NCBI GenBank assembly: GCA_963706325.1
Contig: CAVPLT010000004.1
Span: forward strand, 768,001 to 832,000
Origin: an uncultured Nitrospiraceae bacterium
GTDB taxonomy: Bacteria; Nitrospirota; Nitrospiria; Nitrospirales; Nitrospiraceae
Direction of reading: 5' to 3'
DNA length: 64,000 nt
Part shown: positions 1-8,885 of the stretch, piece after piece
Position numbering within the stretch: position 1 is the stretch's first letter
How the letters are laid out: each line of letters begins with the position of its first letter
Notes under the pieces: model-generated
What the model saw: only the letters and a program-made list of their open reading frames with translations
What the model was told of the DNA's origin: nothing
Databases searched by the model: none
Program-made: the position numbers and the translations under genes

Positions 1-87
1 TCAGCCTCGATTCTGGGCATCCATCGCAAGACTCTCCTCCGTAAACTCCGTCAATACGGCATCGCATCCGGCTATGGTGTCGCCTGA
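1..87 (+). CDS. 3' end of a Fis-type HTH protein, probably a sigma-54-dependent (NtrC-family) activator; truncated by the window edge
   Basis: Frame 1 reads SASILGIHRKTLLRKLRQYGIASGYGVA*, matching the Fis/HTH_8 pattern AxxLGIxRxTLxRKL. Confidence 0.75.
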   Translation, partial: SASILGIHRKTLLRKLRQYGIASGYGVA

Positions 88-92
88 CGAGG

Positions 93-980
93 CTATCGAC
101 CCACGCGATCGTGCGGCGTCTCACTGGCCGGTGGCGGAACAGCAATGTCGATGACTTTATTATCCGTGTCGACCAGTAGGATGACGGAGTCGCCCTTGTG
201 AAGCTTGGCGATTTTTTCCTGCACAGTTGTTCGCACCTCAAATTTTGTTTCCAGGCCACCGGAAGGCTGCAAGGTGATTTGACTCCCATCAAAAACGGTG
301 GCAATCGTTCCACTGACCTGCTTATGAGCACCCTTGATGGGCGGTTTCGGCATCGGCTGCTGGTGCGATTGTTTGACCGCCTGCACCCCGGCAAACGAGG
401 CGTCGGCCACTTGATTGGTTTCATCGAGTAAGAAGACCGCTGGTGTCCCAACCGGTATGGCGGCGAGTTTGCTTCGCGCCTGGGACCGTATGACGAAAGA
501 CTGTTCTTTATCGCCACTTCGAATGACCACCGTATCGTGTCCAACGGTGAGATTTTGAGCCACCTCCCCCCGGATAATCGTATGCGCGCTCGCTTCGCCG
601 TCTAGGGGGTGGTAGTCGACCAATAGGTTTTCAGCGTTCAGGACTATGATGAGATCGTCTCCTTCTTTCACTTCCGGGAAACCCTTCTGCTTCGCTTGCG
701 TAAGCGGAAGGTAACGAGGTTGGACTTCTCCGATATCTACTTTGATCTGATCCGACGCTACCGATTGCACTTTTCCTAACACGGACCGGTTCGCCTTCAG
801 CAGCGTTTCAGCGTCTTCACGGAGCTGAGCGTTCTCGGCTTTCTCCGAAGCATGGCCGCTGTCGCTCCACGCCATCGGCGCCACGGTGCCAAGCACCATG
901 GAAGACATAGCGAGCACGATTGTCGCGCGATAGGTAACCGGCAATTTGGCTCTGCAAAAATCGTTTCTAGTGCGGGTCAT
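93..980 (-). CDS. Exported hypothetical protein with about three repeated small beta-rich (OB-fold-like) modules
   Basis: Start chosen at ATG 980, preceded by AGGAGAGAGG. Signal-like segment IVLAMSSMVLGTVAPMAWS. Repeated motifs ...GDDLIIVLNAENLLVD / ...GTPAVFLLDETNQVAD / ...GDSVILLVDTDNKVID. Confidence 0.7.
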   Translation of the reverse strand: MTRTRNDFCRAKLPVTYRATIVLAMSSMVLGTVAPMAWSDSGHASEKAENAQLREDAETLLKANRSVLGKVQSVASDQIKVDIGEVQPRYLPLTQAKQKGFPEVKEGDDLIIVLNAENLLVDYHPLDGEASAHTIIRGEVAQNLTVGHDTVVIRSGDKEQSFVIRSQARSKLAAIPVGTPAVFLLDETNQVADASFAGVQAVKQSHQQPMPKPPIKGAHKQVSGTIATVFDGSQITLQPSGGLETKFEVRTTVQEKIAKLHKGDSVILLVDTDNKVIDIAVPPPASETPHDRVGR

Positions 981-1299
981 CCTCTCTCCTCCCAATCCAT
1001 GCCATCGGTCGCTGCGGTTGTTGAAAAGCAAGAGATAGGCCAAGACGATGTGAGGAGTGCTTTCCCGTGGTGGATAGCGGTTTCTCAGATCCATGACGTC
1101 TTCTGCACGAAGGAATTCCAATGAATGGCGGCGGACAAACTGTCTCACGGGGGACATTCCATCCATGTTTTCGATCATCTGAACTGCAGGCGCGGCGGAA
1201 CGATTTGCCAAGAACGGCTTGTAAGAATTTGCAAAACCTGCGCAGGGCAGTGCCTCCCTTCTCACTGAGGCGCCGCGGGGCACGCAGGCAAATTGTTTA

Positions 1300-1315
1300 C
1301 GGCACTGCTCTTGCT
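1300..1315 (+). promoter_or_regulatory. Candidate sigma-54 (-24/-12) promoter
   Basis: CGGCACTGCTCTTGCT has GG at 1301-1302 and GC at 1313-1314 with the required 10-nt spacing, about 150 nt upstream of the operon starting at 1466. Confidence 0.5.
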
Positions 1316-1465
1316 CCAGTCCCCTGATAAGGGCGCTTGAAATGAAGATAGTGGTAAAGCTGTAGCGACGTGGAAAGACCTGCGACCACGTGGATGGACG
1401 ATCGCCCATCCTACTGTGTGGCCAAAGATCAAAGCCTTCACGAATGTCTGTAAGGAAGTGCGACC

Positions 1466-1630
1466 ATGTTGAAACCACCAAACCCGATCAAAGAACCAGG
1501 GCCAACCAAACCTCCGAGGCAAGAACCTCCGGATGACCCTCCTCCGCGGCAGGACCCGCCGACCCAAGAGCCACTTCGAAAGGATCCCGATGACGAGGGT
1601 TCACCCATGGAAGTGGAGGTGCCAGCATGA
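1466..1630 (+). CDS. 54-aa proline-rich microprotein (not in the ORF track)
   Basis: MLKPPNPIKEPGPTKPPRQEPPDDPPPRQDPPTQEPLRKDPDDEGSPMEVEVPA*. TAAGGA upstream; the stop overlaps the next start (ATGA 1627-1630). Confidence 0.6.
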   Translation: MLKPPNPIKEPGPTKPPRQEPPDDPPPRQDPPTQEPLRKDPDDEGSPMEVEVPA

Positions 1631-1827
1631 CGACCTTACTGGTTGCCATCGTACTGCTCGGTATCATCATGACCGCTTTGTATGCGTTTGGGATCTTCAA
1701 TACGCCCTACACGGATGCCTTTCGCATCGGATTCTATTTATTTTCGGTGATGGGTCTCGTCGCGGCTGTCTTGGTCCTGGGCCGGCAGCCATTTGAAGGC
1801 TACGATCCTACACCGGGTACACCGTAG
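1627..1827 (+). CDS. Small two-TM membrane protein
   Basis: 66 aa with two hydrophobic segments; GGAGGT RBS. Confidence 0.7.
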   Translation: MTTLLVAIVLLGIIMTALYAFGIFNTPYTDAFRIGFYLFSVMGLVAAVLVLGRQPFEGYDPTPGTP

Positions 1828-1848
1828 GTTCACGAAAGGCGAACGTGC

Positions 1849-2937
1849 ATGAAAAACTCTGTCACTCAACGTGCTAAACATCGGCCTCTCGTCGTCGTCA
1901 TCACGGGCGCATCCGCCGGTGTCGGGCGAGCGACCGTGCGGGAATTCGCCAAACGAGGAGCTCATATTGGTCTGGTCGCTCGCGGCCGGGATGGGCTTGA
2001 GGCGGCAGGCCGTGAGGTTGAAGCGGCGGGCGGGCGCGCACTGGTCATTCCTACGGATGTGGCGAGTCACGAGCAGGTTGAGGCGGCAGCCGGTGCGGTC
2101 GAACGTCACTTCGGCCCTATCGATGTCTGGATAAACAACGCGATGGCATCGATCCTGTCGCCTGCCATAAACATTACCGCTGAAGAATTTCGTCGCGTCA
2201 CGGACGTGACATATCACGGCTATGTATACGGCACGCTGGCCGCTCTCCGCCGCATGCAACCTCGTGATTGCGGCGTAATCGTGCAGGTCGGGTCGGCTCT
2301 GGCGTACCGTTCAATCCCGCTCCAATCGGCCTATTGTGGAGCGAAACATGCCGTGCAGGGATTCGTCGACTCGGTGCGCTCGGAACTGATTCACGACGGG
2401 AGTCATGTCCATATCACAACTGTCCAATTGCCGGCGGTCAATACGCCCCAATTTAGTTGGATAAAATCGCGCATGCCGCGCCACCCTCAGCCGGTCCCTC
2501 CCATTTACCAGCCTGAGGTTATTGCGCGAGCGATCTATTGGGCTGCCTGCCACCGACGTCGTGAAGTGTGTGTGGGTTGGCCGACCGTCAAAGCCGTCAT
2601 CGGCAACAAATTTATTCCTGGTCTACTCGATCACTACCTGGCCTGGATGGGGCGCCGCGCGCAACAGACCGATCAGCCGATCGCTTCTGACCGCCCTAAC
2701 AACCTCTTTGAGCCGCTACCCGGAGACTACGGCGCACACGGCCGATTCGATGAGGGTGCGTGTCAAGTGAGCGTTCAGTTTTGGCTGAATCGACACCGGC
2801 ATTGGTTGGGCGTGGCTGCGTTCGGTGTGGCCGCGTTGGCGGCTCACCGTTGGATTGGGCGGGACGATGACCGGCGAAGACAGCCGCCCCAGTCCAGTTG
2901 GGAAGGTCCAAAAGAGAAGCAGGAGATCTATGGGTAG
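1849..2937 (+). CDS. Short-chain dehydrogenase/reductase (SDR)
   Basis: TGASAGVG Rossmann motif, NNA, and the YCGAK catalytic motif. Confidence 0.92.
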   Translation: MKNSVTQRAKHRPLVVVITGASAGVGRATVREFAKRGAHIGLVARGRDGLEAAGREVEAAGGRALVIPTDVASHEQVEAAAGAVERHFGPIDVWINNAMASILSPAINITAEEFRRVTDVTYHGYVYGTLAALRRMQPRDCGVIVQVGSALAYRSIPLQSAYCGAKHAVQGFVDSVRSELIHDGSHVHITTVQLPAVNTPQFSWIKSRMPRHPQPVPPIYQPEVIARAIYWAACHRRREVCVGWPTVKAVIGNKFIPGLLDHYLAWMGRRAQQTDQPIASDRPNNLFEPLPGDYGAHGRFDEGACQVSVQFWLNRHRHWLGVAAFGVAALAAHRWIGRDDDRRRQPPQSSWEGPKEKQEIYG

Positions 2938-3091
2938 GCCTGCGTCATTCCTTTATCACCGCCTGGCCAGTCCGGGGCGCCTCGGTGATGGGGAAGACAG
3001 AGCACCTATGGCCAGAATACATCCGAAGCCTGTTAACGAGGTCGAATGTTTCAGAGTGATGGAGAAAACGGTGAAGGCGTGGAGCACATGA
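2930..3091 (+). CDS. Possible 53-aa hypothetical protein
   Basis: AGGAGA RBS; the start overlaps the SDR end and the stop overlaps the next start (ATGA 3088-3091). No recognisable motif. Confidence 0.35.
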   Translation: MGRPASFLYHRLASPGRLGDGEDRAPMARIHPKPVNEVECFRVMEKTVKAWST

Positions 3092-3630
3092 AACAAAAAG
3101 CGGTCTTTTTTGCCACGAAGGGGTTAGTGGGGAACGAGAGCTTGCACCTCGACCCAACTTCACCATTGCTTACATCGGAAGAATGGAAGGCGCTTCGGCT
3201 TTTGACGCTCGCGGGATATACCATCGTGTTGTTTACCACGAAGAACATCCCGCATTACGCACCATGCCGAAACCATGAGTGGAGCGTCCCTTACGATGGG
3301 GCTAGGAATCAGCCGCTCTCTCAACATCCCAACGAGGTGAGCAAACAGGTCACGACACTGCTTGAAGCGACGGCCAAACTACGGGTCGACTTGTCAGGAT
3401 CTTGGATGGTCGGTGATCGGCTCGATAGTATTGAGGTTGGACGGCTAGTGGGGTGCAGCACAATTTTTGTGGCCAACGGAAGCGAATCGAGATGGGATAT
3501 GACGGCCATGCGGTGGCCTCATTTGATTGCAGGGGATCTTTGGGAGACGGCCTGTTTGATTGTGACCTCTGACGGGTCGTCTGTTGAAGGTTTGTCGTCT
3601 CATCTCGAGGATGATATGGACAGTATATAA
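3088..3630 (+). CDS. GmhB/HisB-like HAD-IIIA family protein with a degenerate active site
   Basis: C-terminal DLSGSWMVGDRLDSIEVGRLVGC is typical of GmhB. Motif I reads AVFFATKG in place of AVFLDRDG. Confidence 0.7.
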   Translation: MKQKAVFFATKGLVGNESLHLDPTSPLLTSEEWKALRLLTLAGYTIVLFTTKNIPHYAPCRNHEWSVPYDGARNQPLSQHPNEVSKQVTTLLEATAKLRVDLSGSWMVGDRLDSIEVGRLVGCSTIFVANGSESRWDMTAMRWPHLIAGDLWETACLIVTSDGSSVEGLSSHLEDDMDSI

Positions 3631-3702
3631 ACACCGCCTGCTCATTCCAGTGTTGATGGGGTTGAGCTGAGGGATGACATTCAGTGAGACCTATAGACTG
3701 CA

Positions 3703-3924
3703 TTATCTGCCAAGGCCCACGATCCCCACACGTATGCGAGCTCCTCTCTTGGGCCATTGCTCTTTAGGGTCGAGAACGCGACCTCTATTCGAACAAATAA
3801 GCTGGTCGACGATCTCACCGCAGGCAAAACAACGCCATGCAGCGGCCTCATTGTTCATCAATCCACCTGCTCCATCACGAAGCTCAACCGGGAACATCAT
3901 ACTGTGACAGCGATGACAGCGCAT
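3703..3924 (-). CDS. Small zinc-ribbon-like protein (CxxC...CxxC)
   Basis: MRCHRC...WRCFACGEIVD; AGAGGA upstream; paralog at 62557..62814. Confidence 0.75.
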   Translation of the reverse strand: MRCHRCHSMMFPVELRDGAGGLMNNEAAAWRCFACGEIVDQLICSNRGRVLDPKEQWPKRGARIRVGIVGLGR

Positions 3925-3953
3925 GTGTGTGTCCTCTTAATGTGATGAGCTGC

Positions 3954-3998
3954 ATGTTAGAAAGGACTGAATGAATTCGGCACTAGGATCTACCCTAG
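3954..3998 (-). promoter_or_regulatory. Palindromic box plus -10 element facing the zinc-ribbon gene
   Basis: CTAGG-ATCTAC-CCTAG (3983-3998), 23-nt gap, TAACAT on the minus strand (3959-3954). Confidence 0.75.
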
Positions 3999-4029
3999 CC
4001 GAATCACGCTCGAAGGAGTTTCTGTACCG

Positions 4030-4074
4030 CTAGGGTTGTCCCTAGTGGGCAGGGGTATAGTCCATCCGTACAGT
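4030..4074 (+). promoter_or_regulatory. Palindromic box plus -10 element facing the cytochrome c/peroxiredoxin operon
   Basis: CTAGG-GTTGTC-CCTAG (4030-4045), 23-nt gap, TACAGT (4069-4074). Confidence 0.75.
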
Positions 4075-4177
4075 GCCCCACAGCGGGAGAGTGATGCATA
4101 GGCGACCTTGGTGCCATCCCTCTATCTGTTTGCTCAGCCGAAGGACGAATGGACCGTCCAAAAAGTGAGGTGTTCAG

Positions 4178-5635
4178 GTGTGTCTTTTTAAAACACAGGG
4201 TCGAATTCTGGCCTGGTTTTTCGCGATAGGTGGGACGTTTCTGTTCTTGACCGAGGGCGGAGCGGTCGCGCAGCCAGAGAACTCTCAGGATGAAAGACGG
4301 CCTCAAGGGAATCGCGCGATTGAGAAGAAGAAGGAAAAGGGCTTCGAGGGAGTAGATTTTTCTTATGATTTGTTCGGCGCTCCTCCTGGTCAATCCGCCA
4401 CTAAGATTGCAGAAGAAGTCATGGCGAAAGACGTGGCCGACAAGCCCAAGGTGATGGCCAAGCAAGTACAGCTGTTGAAGGAGCGCTACAGACTGGATTG
4501 CAAAATCCACTCCGGCGTTATGATGACCAAAGGAAAGCCGCAGCCCATAGGGCCTACGGTCCAATTGAAAGAAGGCGTCGGCTGGGACAAGTTGTCGGAG
4601 ATGACCCCGGAGGAAATCCGGAAACAGAAAGTATTTCCCGCCGGATTCATGCGATTACCGCACGTCAAACACGATGTCGGTGGGCAGGTCTTTCCTCAAA
4701 AGCAGATCGACCAGTTTCCTCGGCTCGAACGATTCGATGTGGATTTCGACCTTCCGGATTGTTTTCTCCCGGAGTTTCCGCCGCCGATTTTCTTGACGAC
4801 TCATCCTGAGCTGGGTGATGTGTCGCAGGGAGAAGTGTTGAGTGCGGACAATTTCGATCGTTTATTTCGAGGCTTGATCACTCCAGTTCAACTGGATGGC
4901 CTGAGAATGTTGGTGACTCAATTTCCACAAGAGGAGTTCAATCTCACGCCCGATCGGAAATCGCCCAAGCCCAGCCTGGGCGTCGCCTGCTTGGATTGTC
5001 ACGTGAACTTTCATACCACCGGGCAGTTTCATTTAAATCCCGATACGAGACCGCAACGGGATCGACTCAGATTGGACACCGTCAGCTTGAGGGGAATGTT
5101 CAATCAGCAGATTCATGGATCGAAACGAAGCATTCGATCGGTGGAAGATTTTACGGAATTTGAACAGCGCACCGCTTATTTTAACGGCGATCAAATCCGA
5201 GCCATCAAAAAGGGGATGAATGTGATCGATCGGCTGCAGGTCGCCCACATGGCACAGATTCAAAACATGATCGATTTTCCCCCGGCCCCGAAGCTGGATC
5301 CCATGACCGGGCGGCTGGATCGTACCAGGGCCGATCAGCAGGAGATTGCCGGCGAGGAGCTCTTCTTCGGTAAAGCGCGTTGTGCGGCCTGCCATCAACC
5401 TCCCGCCTATACCGATCATATGATGCATGATCTGTTTCTCGAGCGGTTTGGCGCCGAAGCGGACGGGCCGATCAAATCCTTTGCGCTGCGGGGCATCAAG
5501 GATTCACCGCCCTATTTCCATGATGGCCGATTGCTTACGTTGGAGGACACGGTCGAGTTCTTCAACCTCGTCGGTGGGCTGAAGCTGAACCGTGAAGAGA
5601 AAGCTGCGTTGGTCGCTTTCATGCGCGCACTATAA
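4178..5635 (+). CDS. Exported di-heme c-type cytochrome, cytochrome c peroxidase-like
   Basis: Signal peptide; two CxxCH motifs (CLDCH, CAACH); C-terminal SFALRGIKDSPPYFHDGRLLTLEDTVEFFN typical of the CCP/MauG superfamily. Confidence 0.85.
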   Translation: MCLFKTQGRILAWFFAIGGTFLFLTEGGAVAQPENSQDERRPQGNRAIEKKKEKGFEGVDFSYDLFGAPPGQSATKIAEEVMAKDVADKPKVMAKQVQLLKERYRLDCKIHSGVMMTKGKPQPIGPTVQLKEGVGWDKLSEMTPEEIRKQKVFPAGFMRLPHVKHDVGGQVFPQKQIDQFPRLERFDVDFDLPDCFLPEFPPPIFLTTHPELGDVSQGEVLSADNFDRLFRGLITPVQLDGLRMLVTQFPQEEFNLTPDRKSPKPSLGVACLDCHVNFHTTGQFHLNPDTRPQRDRLRLDTVSLRGMFNQQIHGSKRSIRSVEDFTEFEQRTAYFNGDQIRAIKKGMNVIDRLQVAHMAQIQNMIDFPPAPKLDPMTGRLDRTRADQQEIAGEELFFGKARCAACHQPPAYTDHMMHDLFLERFGAEADGPIKSFALRGIKDSPPYFHDGRLLTLEDTVEFFNLVGGLKLNREEKAALVAFMRAL

Positions 5636-5699
5636 CCTCATGCCGTTCACCACATAAAGAGGCCGCTGTTTGCACCATTGACCGATCGACCCAGGGACG

Positions 5700-6278
5700 A
5701 TGGAGAAGGGAATCATGATCGCAATCGGAAAAATTATTCCAGACGGCACCTATCAGGCGTATCACGAAGAAAAGATCCGGCCGGTGGCCCTCAATGAGTT
5801 TCGGGGGCAGTGGCTGATCCTCATGTTTTACCCAGGAGATTTCACCTTTGTCTGTCCGACGGAATTGGCTGAGACCGGCCGACTCTATCCGGAGTTCAAA
5901 AAATTGGGAGCGGAAGTGTGCGGGGTGAGCACCGATTCGGTCTATGTTCATAAGGCCTGGCATGACAGTTCCCCGACGATTCGATCCGTCAACTTCCCTT
6001 TTATCGCCGATACCACCGCCTCCCTCAGCCGGGCATTTGGTGTCTATCTGGAAGATGAGGGCGTGGCGTTGCGGGGGACCTTCCTCATTGATCCCGATGG
6101 TGTCTTGCGCGCGTTTGAAGTCCACGACAACAGCATAGGACGGCACGCCGGGGAAATGCTCCGCAAGCTGCAGGCGGCAATACGGGTGCGTGAGGGTGAG
6201 GGGGAAGTCTGTCCGGCTAGCTGGCAACCGGGACAGTCTACCTTGACCCCAAGCCTCGACCTGGTCGGAAAACTCTAA
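5700..6278 (+). CDS. ahpC: 2-Cys peroxiredoxin (AhpC/TSA)
   Basis: FYPGDFTFVCPTE peroxidatic motif and GEVCPASW resolving motif. Confidence 0.92.
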   Translation: MEKGIMIAIGKIIPDGTYQAYHEEKIRPVALNEFRGQWLILMFYPGDFTFVCPTELAETGRLYPEFKKLGAEVCGVSTDSVYVHKAWHDSSPTIRSVNFPFIADTTASLSRAFGVYLEDEGVALRGTFLIDPDGVLRAFEVHDNSIGRHAGEMLRKLQAAIRVREGEGEVCPASWQPGQSTLTPSLDLVGKL

Positions 6279-6330
6279 ATCGTTTATCTATGAATCGTGC
6301 GATCGTCCTGCGCACGTGCATGGGCGACCG

Positions 6331-7692
6331 TTATGTCATTGGCCTGTTCCACCGGCGACCCTGGACGGAGGTAATCACGTCCAAGGCCGCCCGAAGACCA
6401 CTTTCCACTGCCCCGTTCATATAGCCCTGCCACCGAACGCTGGTATGTTCACCGGCGAAAAAACAGCGGCCATGAGGATGGCTCAGCCATTGACGCAGGG
6501 CCGGATCGTAGGACGTTGTGAAGGCCGCATAACCCCCTCCTGCCCAACGGTCGTTCTCCCACGTAATCTGCGTGAAGGCGAGTAAATCCGGCGGCGCAGG
6601 TCCCAGCCAGGAAAGAGCTGAGACGATTCCCTGGATGCCTCCCTTCTTAAGGGATTTTTCCGCTATACGGCTCGTCGAGCCGCCGGCCATCAGGGTGAGA
6701 ATGCCGGTCAGGCCGGATTGCTCCTCATTCGCGTCCCATATCGTTCCGAGGGGAAGATCAGTGGCGAAGGCCTTTCTGTGATGCCTGGCGCGCCAGAATC
6801 GTCGTTTGAATTGCAGCAGCGTTTTGGTTGCCGGTCCGTAGGGGAGGGTTGAGATAGCCTGATGCTGAGGCGGTGAAAGGGGTGGGTCGAACTGCAGAGA
6901 GCGCACGGTAGTCGCAGGACCTGTCACTACGACATAATCCGCCCGAAGCCTCTGGTGTGTTCCATTGTGATCCCGAGCCGTAACGAAAACTTTCCCTGGT
7001 GACTGCGCGATCTTCACCACTTCGATGCCCAGATGAATGGCGTCTCCCAGGAAGGCGGATAAACCTTGGGCCAATTGGTCGTTTCCGCCCTTCACGCGGA
7101 ACAACCGGCCTTCTCCAGGCGAACCGGCGATGAGTTGTTCGACCAGGATAAGCAGGGGAAGCTCCGTTGGGTCGATAAGAAAAAATCCTCGAAGGCCTTG
7201 GACCATCGCGCGAAGTTCCTCCTCCGCGACGATACTTTCCAACCATTGCGCCGCAGAGATTCTCGCCAGTTGATGCGCGACAGAGCTATCCCAACGTTGG
7301 TCGGCGAGTCGATAGGCCCTGATCAATGGGAGGAGATGGCGATGGAGACCGGCCCAGAGTTCAGTCCCGGATGTCAAGCGCGGCGCCGCGCCCTTGGGTC
7401 GGCGGGAGGCAAAGCTGAAGCCCTGGTTGAGCACGGGGACCAGTTCGAGATTGAGATGACGCGCCAATCTTCGAATCTCTTCCTGATCTTCATCGATGAA
7501 TTCCCCTCCGGCTTCAGCATGTTGAGCGCCCATGAAACCCTCGCGTATGGTCCAGACCCGTCCGCCGATGCGATCGCGCGCTTCCAGCACGAGCACGGTG
7601 GCGCCATCGCGTGACAGTTCGACCGCGGCGGTGAGACCGGCCAATCCTGCGCCGACGACAATCACCGACTTCCCTCGAAGACAGGGTGTCAT
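6331..7692 (-). CDS. Flavin monoamine oxidase family FAD-dependent oxidoreductase
   Basis: VVGAGLAGL...EARDRIGGRV and FAGEHTS...GYMNGAVESG motifs; start taken at ATG 7692 (GGGAGA upstream). Confidence 0.88.
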   Translation of the reverse strand: MTPCLRGKSVIVVGAGLAGLTAAVELSRDGATVLVLEARDRIGGRVWTIREGFMGAQHAEAGGEFIDEDQEEIRRLARHLNLELVPVLNQGFSFASRRPKGAAPRLTSGTELWAGLHRHLLPLIRAYRLADQRWDSSVAHQLARISAAQWLESIVAEEELRAMVQGLRGFFLIDPTELPLLILVEQLIAGSPGEGRLFRVKGGNDQLAQGLSAFLGDAIHLGIEVVKIAQSPGKVFVTARDHNGTHQRLRADYVVVTGPATTVRSLQFDPPLSPPQHQAISTLPYGPATKTLLQFKRRFWRARHHRKAFATDLPLGTIWDANEEQSGLTGILTLMAGGSTSRIAEKSLKKGGIQGIVSALSWLGPAPPDLLAFTQITWENDRWAGGGYAAFTTSYDPALRQWLSHPHGRCFFAGEHTSVRWQGYMNGAVESGLRAALDVITSVQGRRWNRPMT

Positions 7693-8054
7693 CTCGATCT
7701 CCCATGTCTGGTGGTAGGCGTACGGGCCAGCCGTTGGCACCCGGCTATCAGGGTTGGGGTAACCGTGGCGGAGACGAGGTGCAAGGCGCCGAAAAGACTC
7801 GCGCCCGCGTGGAAGCTGTCCGCGATCCATCCGTAGAGCGTTATGCCGATCACTGCCCAAGGCCTGACGCCTGAATTAAAAGCACCAAAGACGCGCGCCA
7901 CGAGATTTTTGGGTGGCCTGAGAGGTGCCATGGTGCTCAGCCCGTCGCCGGTTTGGGAGATGACCTGACCTCGCCGTAGCCATGCGACGTCCCGGTTTTG
8001 AGACAGGGTGCGGCCGTCGGCTAGATGCGGCATGCTCACGGTGATGGTCGTCAT
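7689..8054 (-). CDS. Hypothetical protein with a possible TM segment
   Basis: 121 aa; the stop overlaps the oxidase start (ATGA). No recognisable motif. Confidence 0.4.
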   Translation of the reverse strand: MTTITVSMPHLADGRTLSQNRDVAWLRRGQVISQTGDGLSTMAPLRPPKNLVARVFGAFNSGVRPWAVIGITLYGWIADSFHAGASLFGALHLVSATVTPTLIAGCQRLARTPTTRHGRSR

Positions 8055-8269
8055 GCGTCTATCCGATCTTTGTCTAGTGGTTCAAGTTTCATCATGAATG
8101 ATTGATAGTCAGAGGAGCAAGGTGTCCGTATGACAGAAGGCCAATCCCATGCCCTCCATGTCGGCGGACATTGTCGGAGGAGCGAGCAGGGGCTCCAAGT
8201 TCTAGCTTCCTTGTGCGAAGGCGTGTCGGGAAGGTATCGCTTACGAGGGCGCAACTTACGATTCGCTTG

Positions 8270-8314
8270 CTAGGGATTTTGCCAGTTTTCTCACTGTTCC
8301 GATTTTTGTAAGGT
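8270..8314 (+). promoter_or_regulatory. Degenerate palindromic box plus -10 element upstream of the CBM48-glgC-treY operon
   Basis: CTAGG-GATTTT-GCCAG (2 mismatches), 23-nt gap, TAAGGT (8309-8314). Confidence 0.6.
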
Positions 8315-8468
8315 CACAGCTACACTAGGCGGCAATCAGGAAGAGGTTTGTGTTAGGTAGGGACTCGATCCCGCGGATGTTTTGCATCATCCTGATTGTC
8401 TGGTGGGCGGGAAACTTCGCAATTGAGAGCATGGAACCCCTAGTGACTGCGAAGAGAATGACACCCTG

Positions 8469-8843
8469 ATGGCGAAGCGAAAAGTCAAAGAGTCTTCAGA
8501 AAAAGCAACAGAGCAGCCTTCAGGAATGGGGGCAGTGCTCAGCAATGCCGACGCAGCAACCACGCCATCAACGGCAACGGGCTTGCGTGCGATGGCCGTT
8601 ACATTCGTCGCGCCTGAAGCCAGCGCTGTTTCCATAGTTGGAGATTTCAATGACTGGCGGGTCGCGCGGCATCCATTGGAGATGACGGACGGCCAGAATT
8701 GGCACATCACATTACAGTTGGCGCCTGGCACCTACCAGTACAAATTCTTTATCGATGGCATCCGCTGGGAAGAAGACCCACAAAATCCCAATCGTGTCGT
8801 GAATGAGTTCGGTACCTCCAATTCGATTTTGGAGGTCCAGTAA
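8469..8843 (+). CDS. Glycogen-binding CBM48 (isoamylase early-set/AMPK-like) protein
   Basis: VSIVGDFNDW...LAPGTYQYKFFIDG..W..DP.NP...NS motif. Confidence 0.88.
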   Translation: MAKRKVKESSEKATEQPSGMGAVLSNADAATTPSTATGLRAMAVTFVAPEASAVSIVGDFNDWRVARHPLEMTDGQNWHITLQLAPGTYQYKFFIDGIRWEEDPQNPNRVVNEFGTSNSILEVQ

Positions 8844-8885
8844 GAGACTTGGGCACTGCATTTCATTCCCTTGGCATCGCTCACT

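Noticed and set aside
981..1481. N-terminal extension of the 462-aa ORF 93..1481
   Set aside because: There is a good RBS and a signal-like segment from ATG 980, and the extension overlaps the divergent promoter region and the 1466 ORF.
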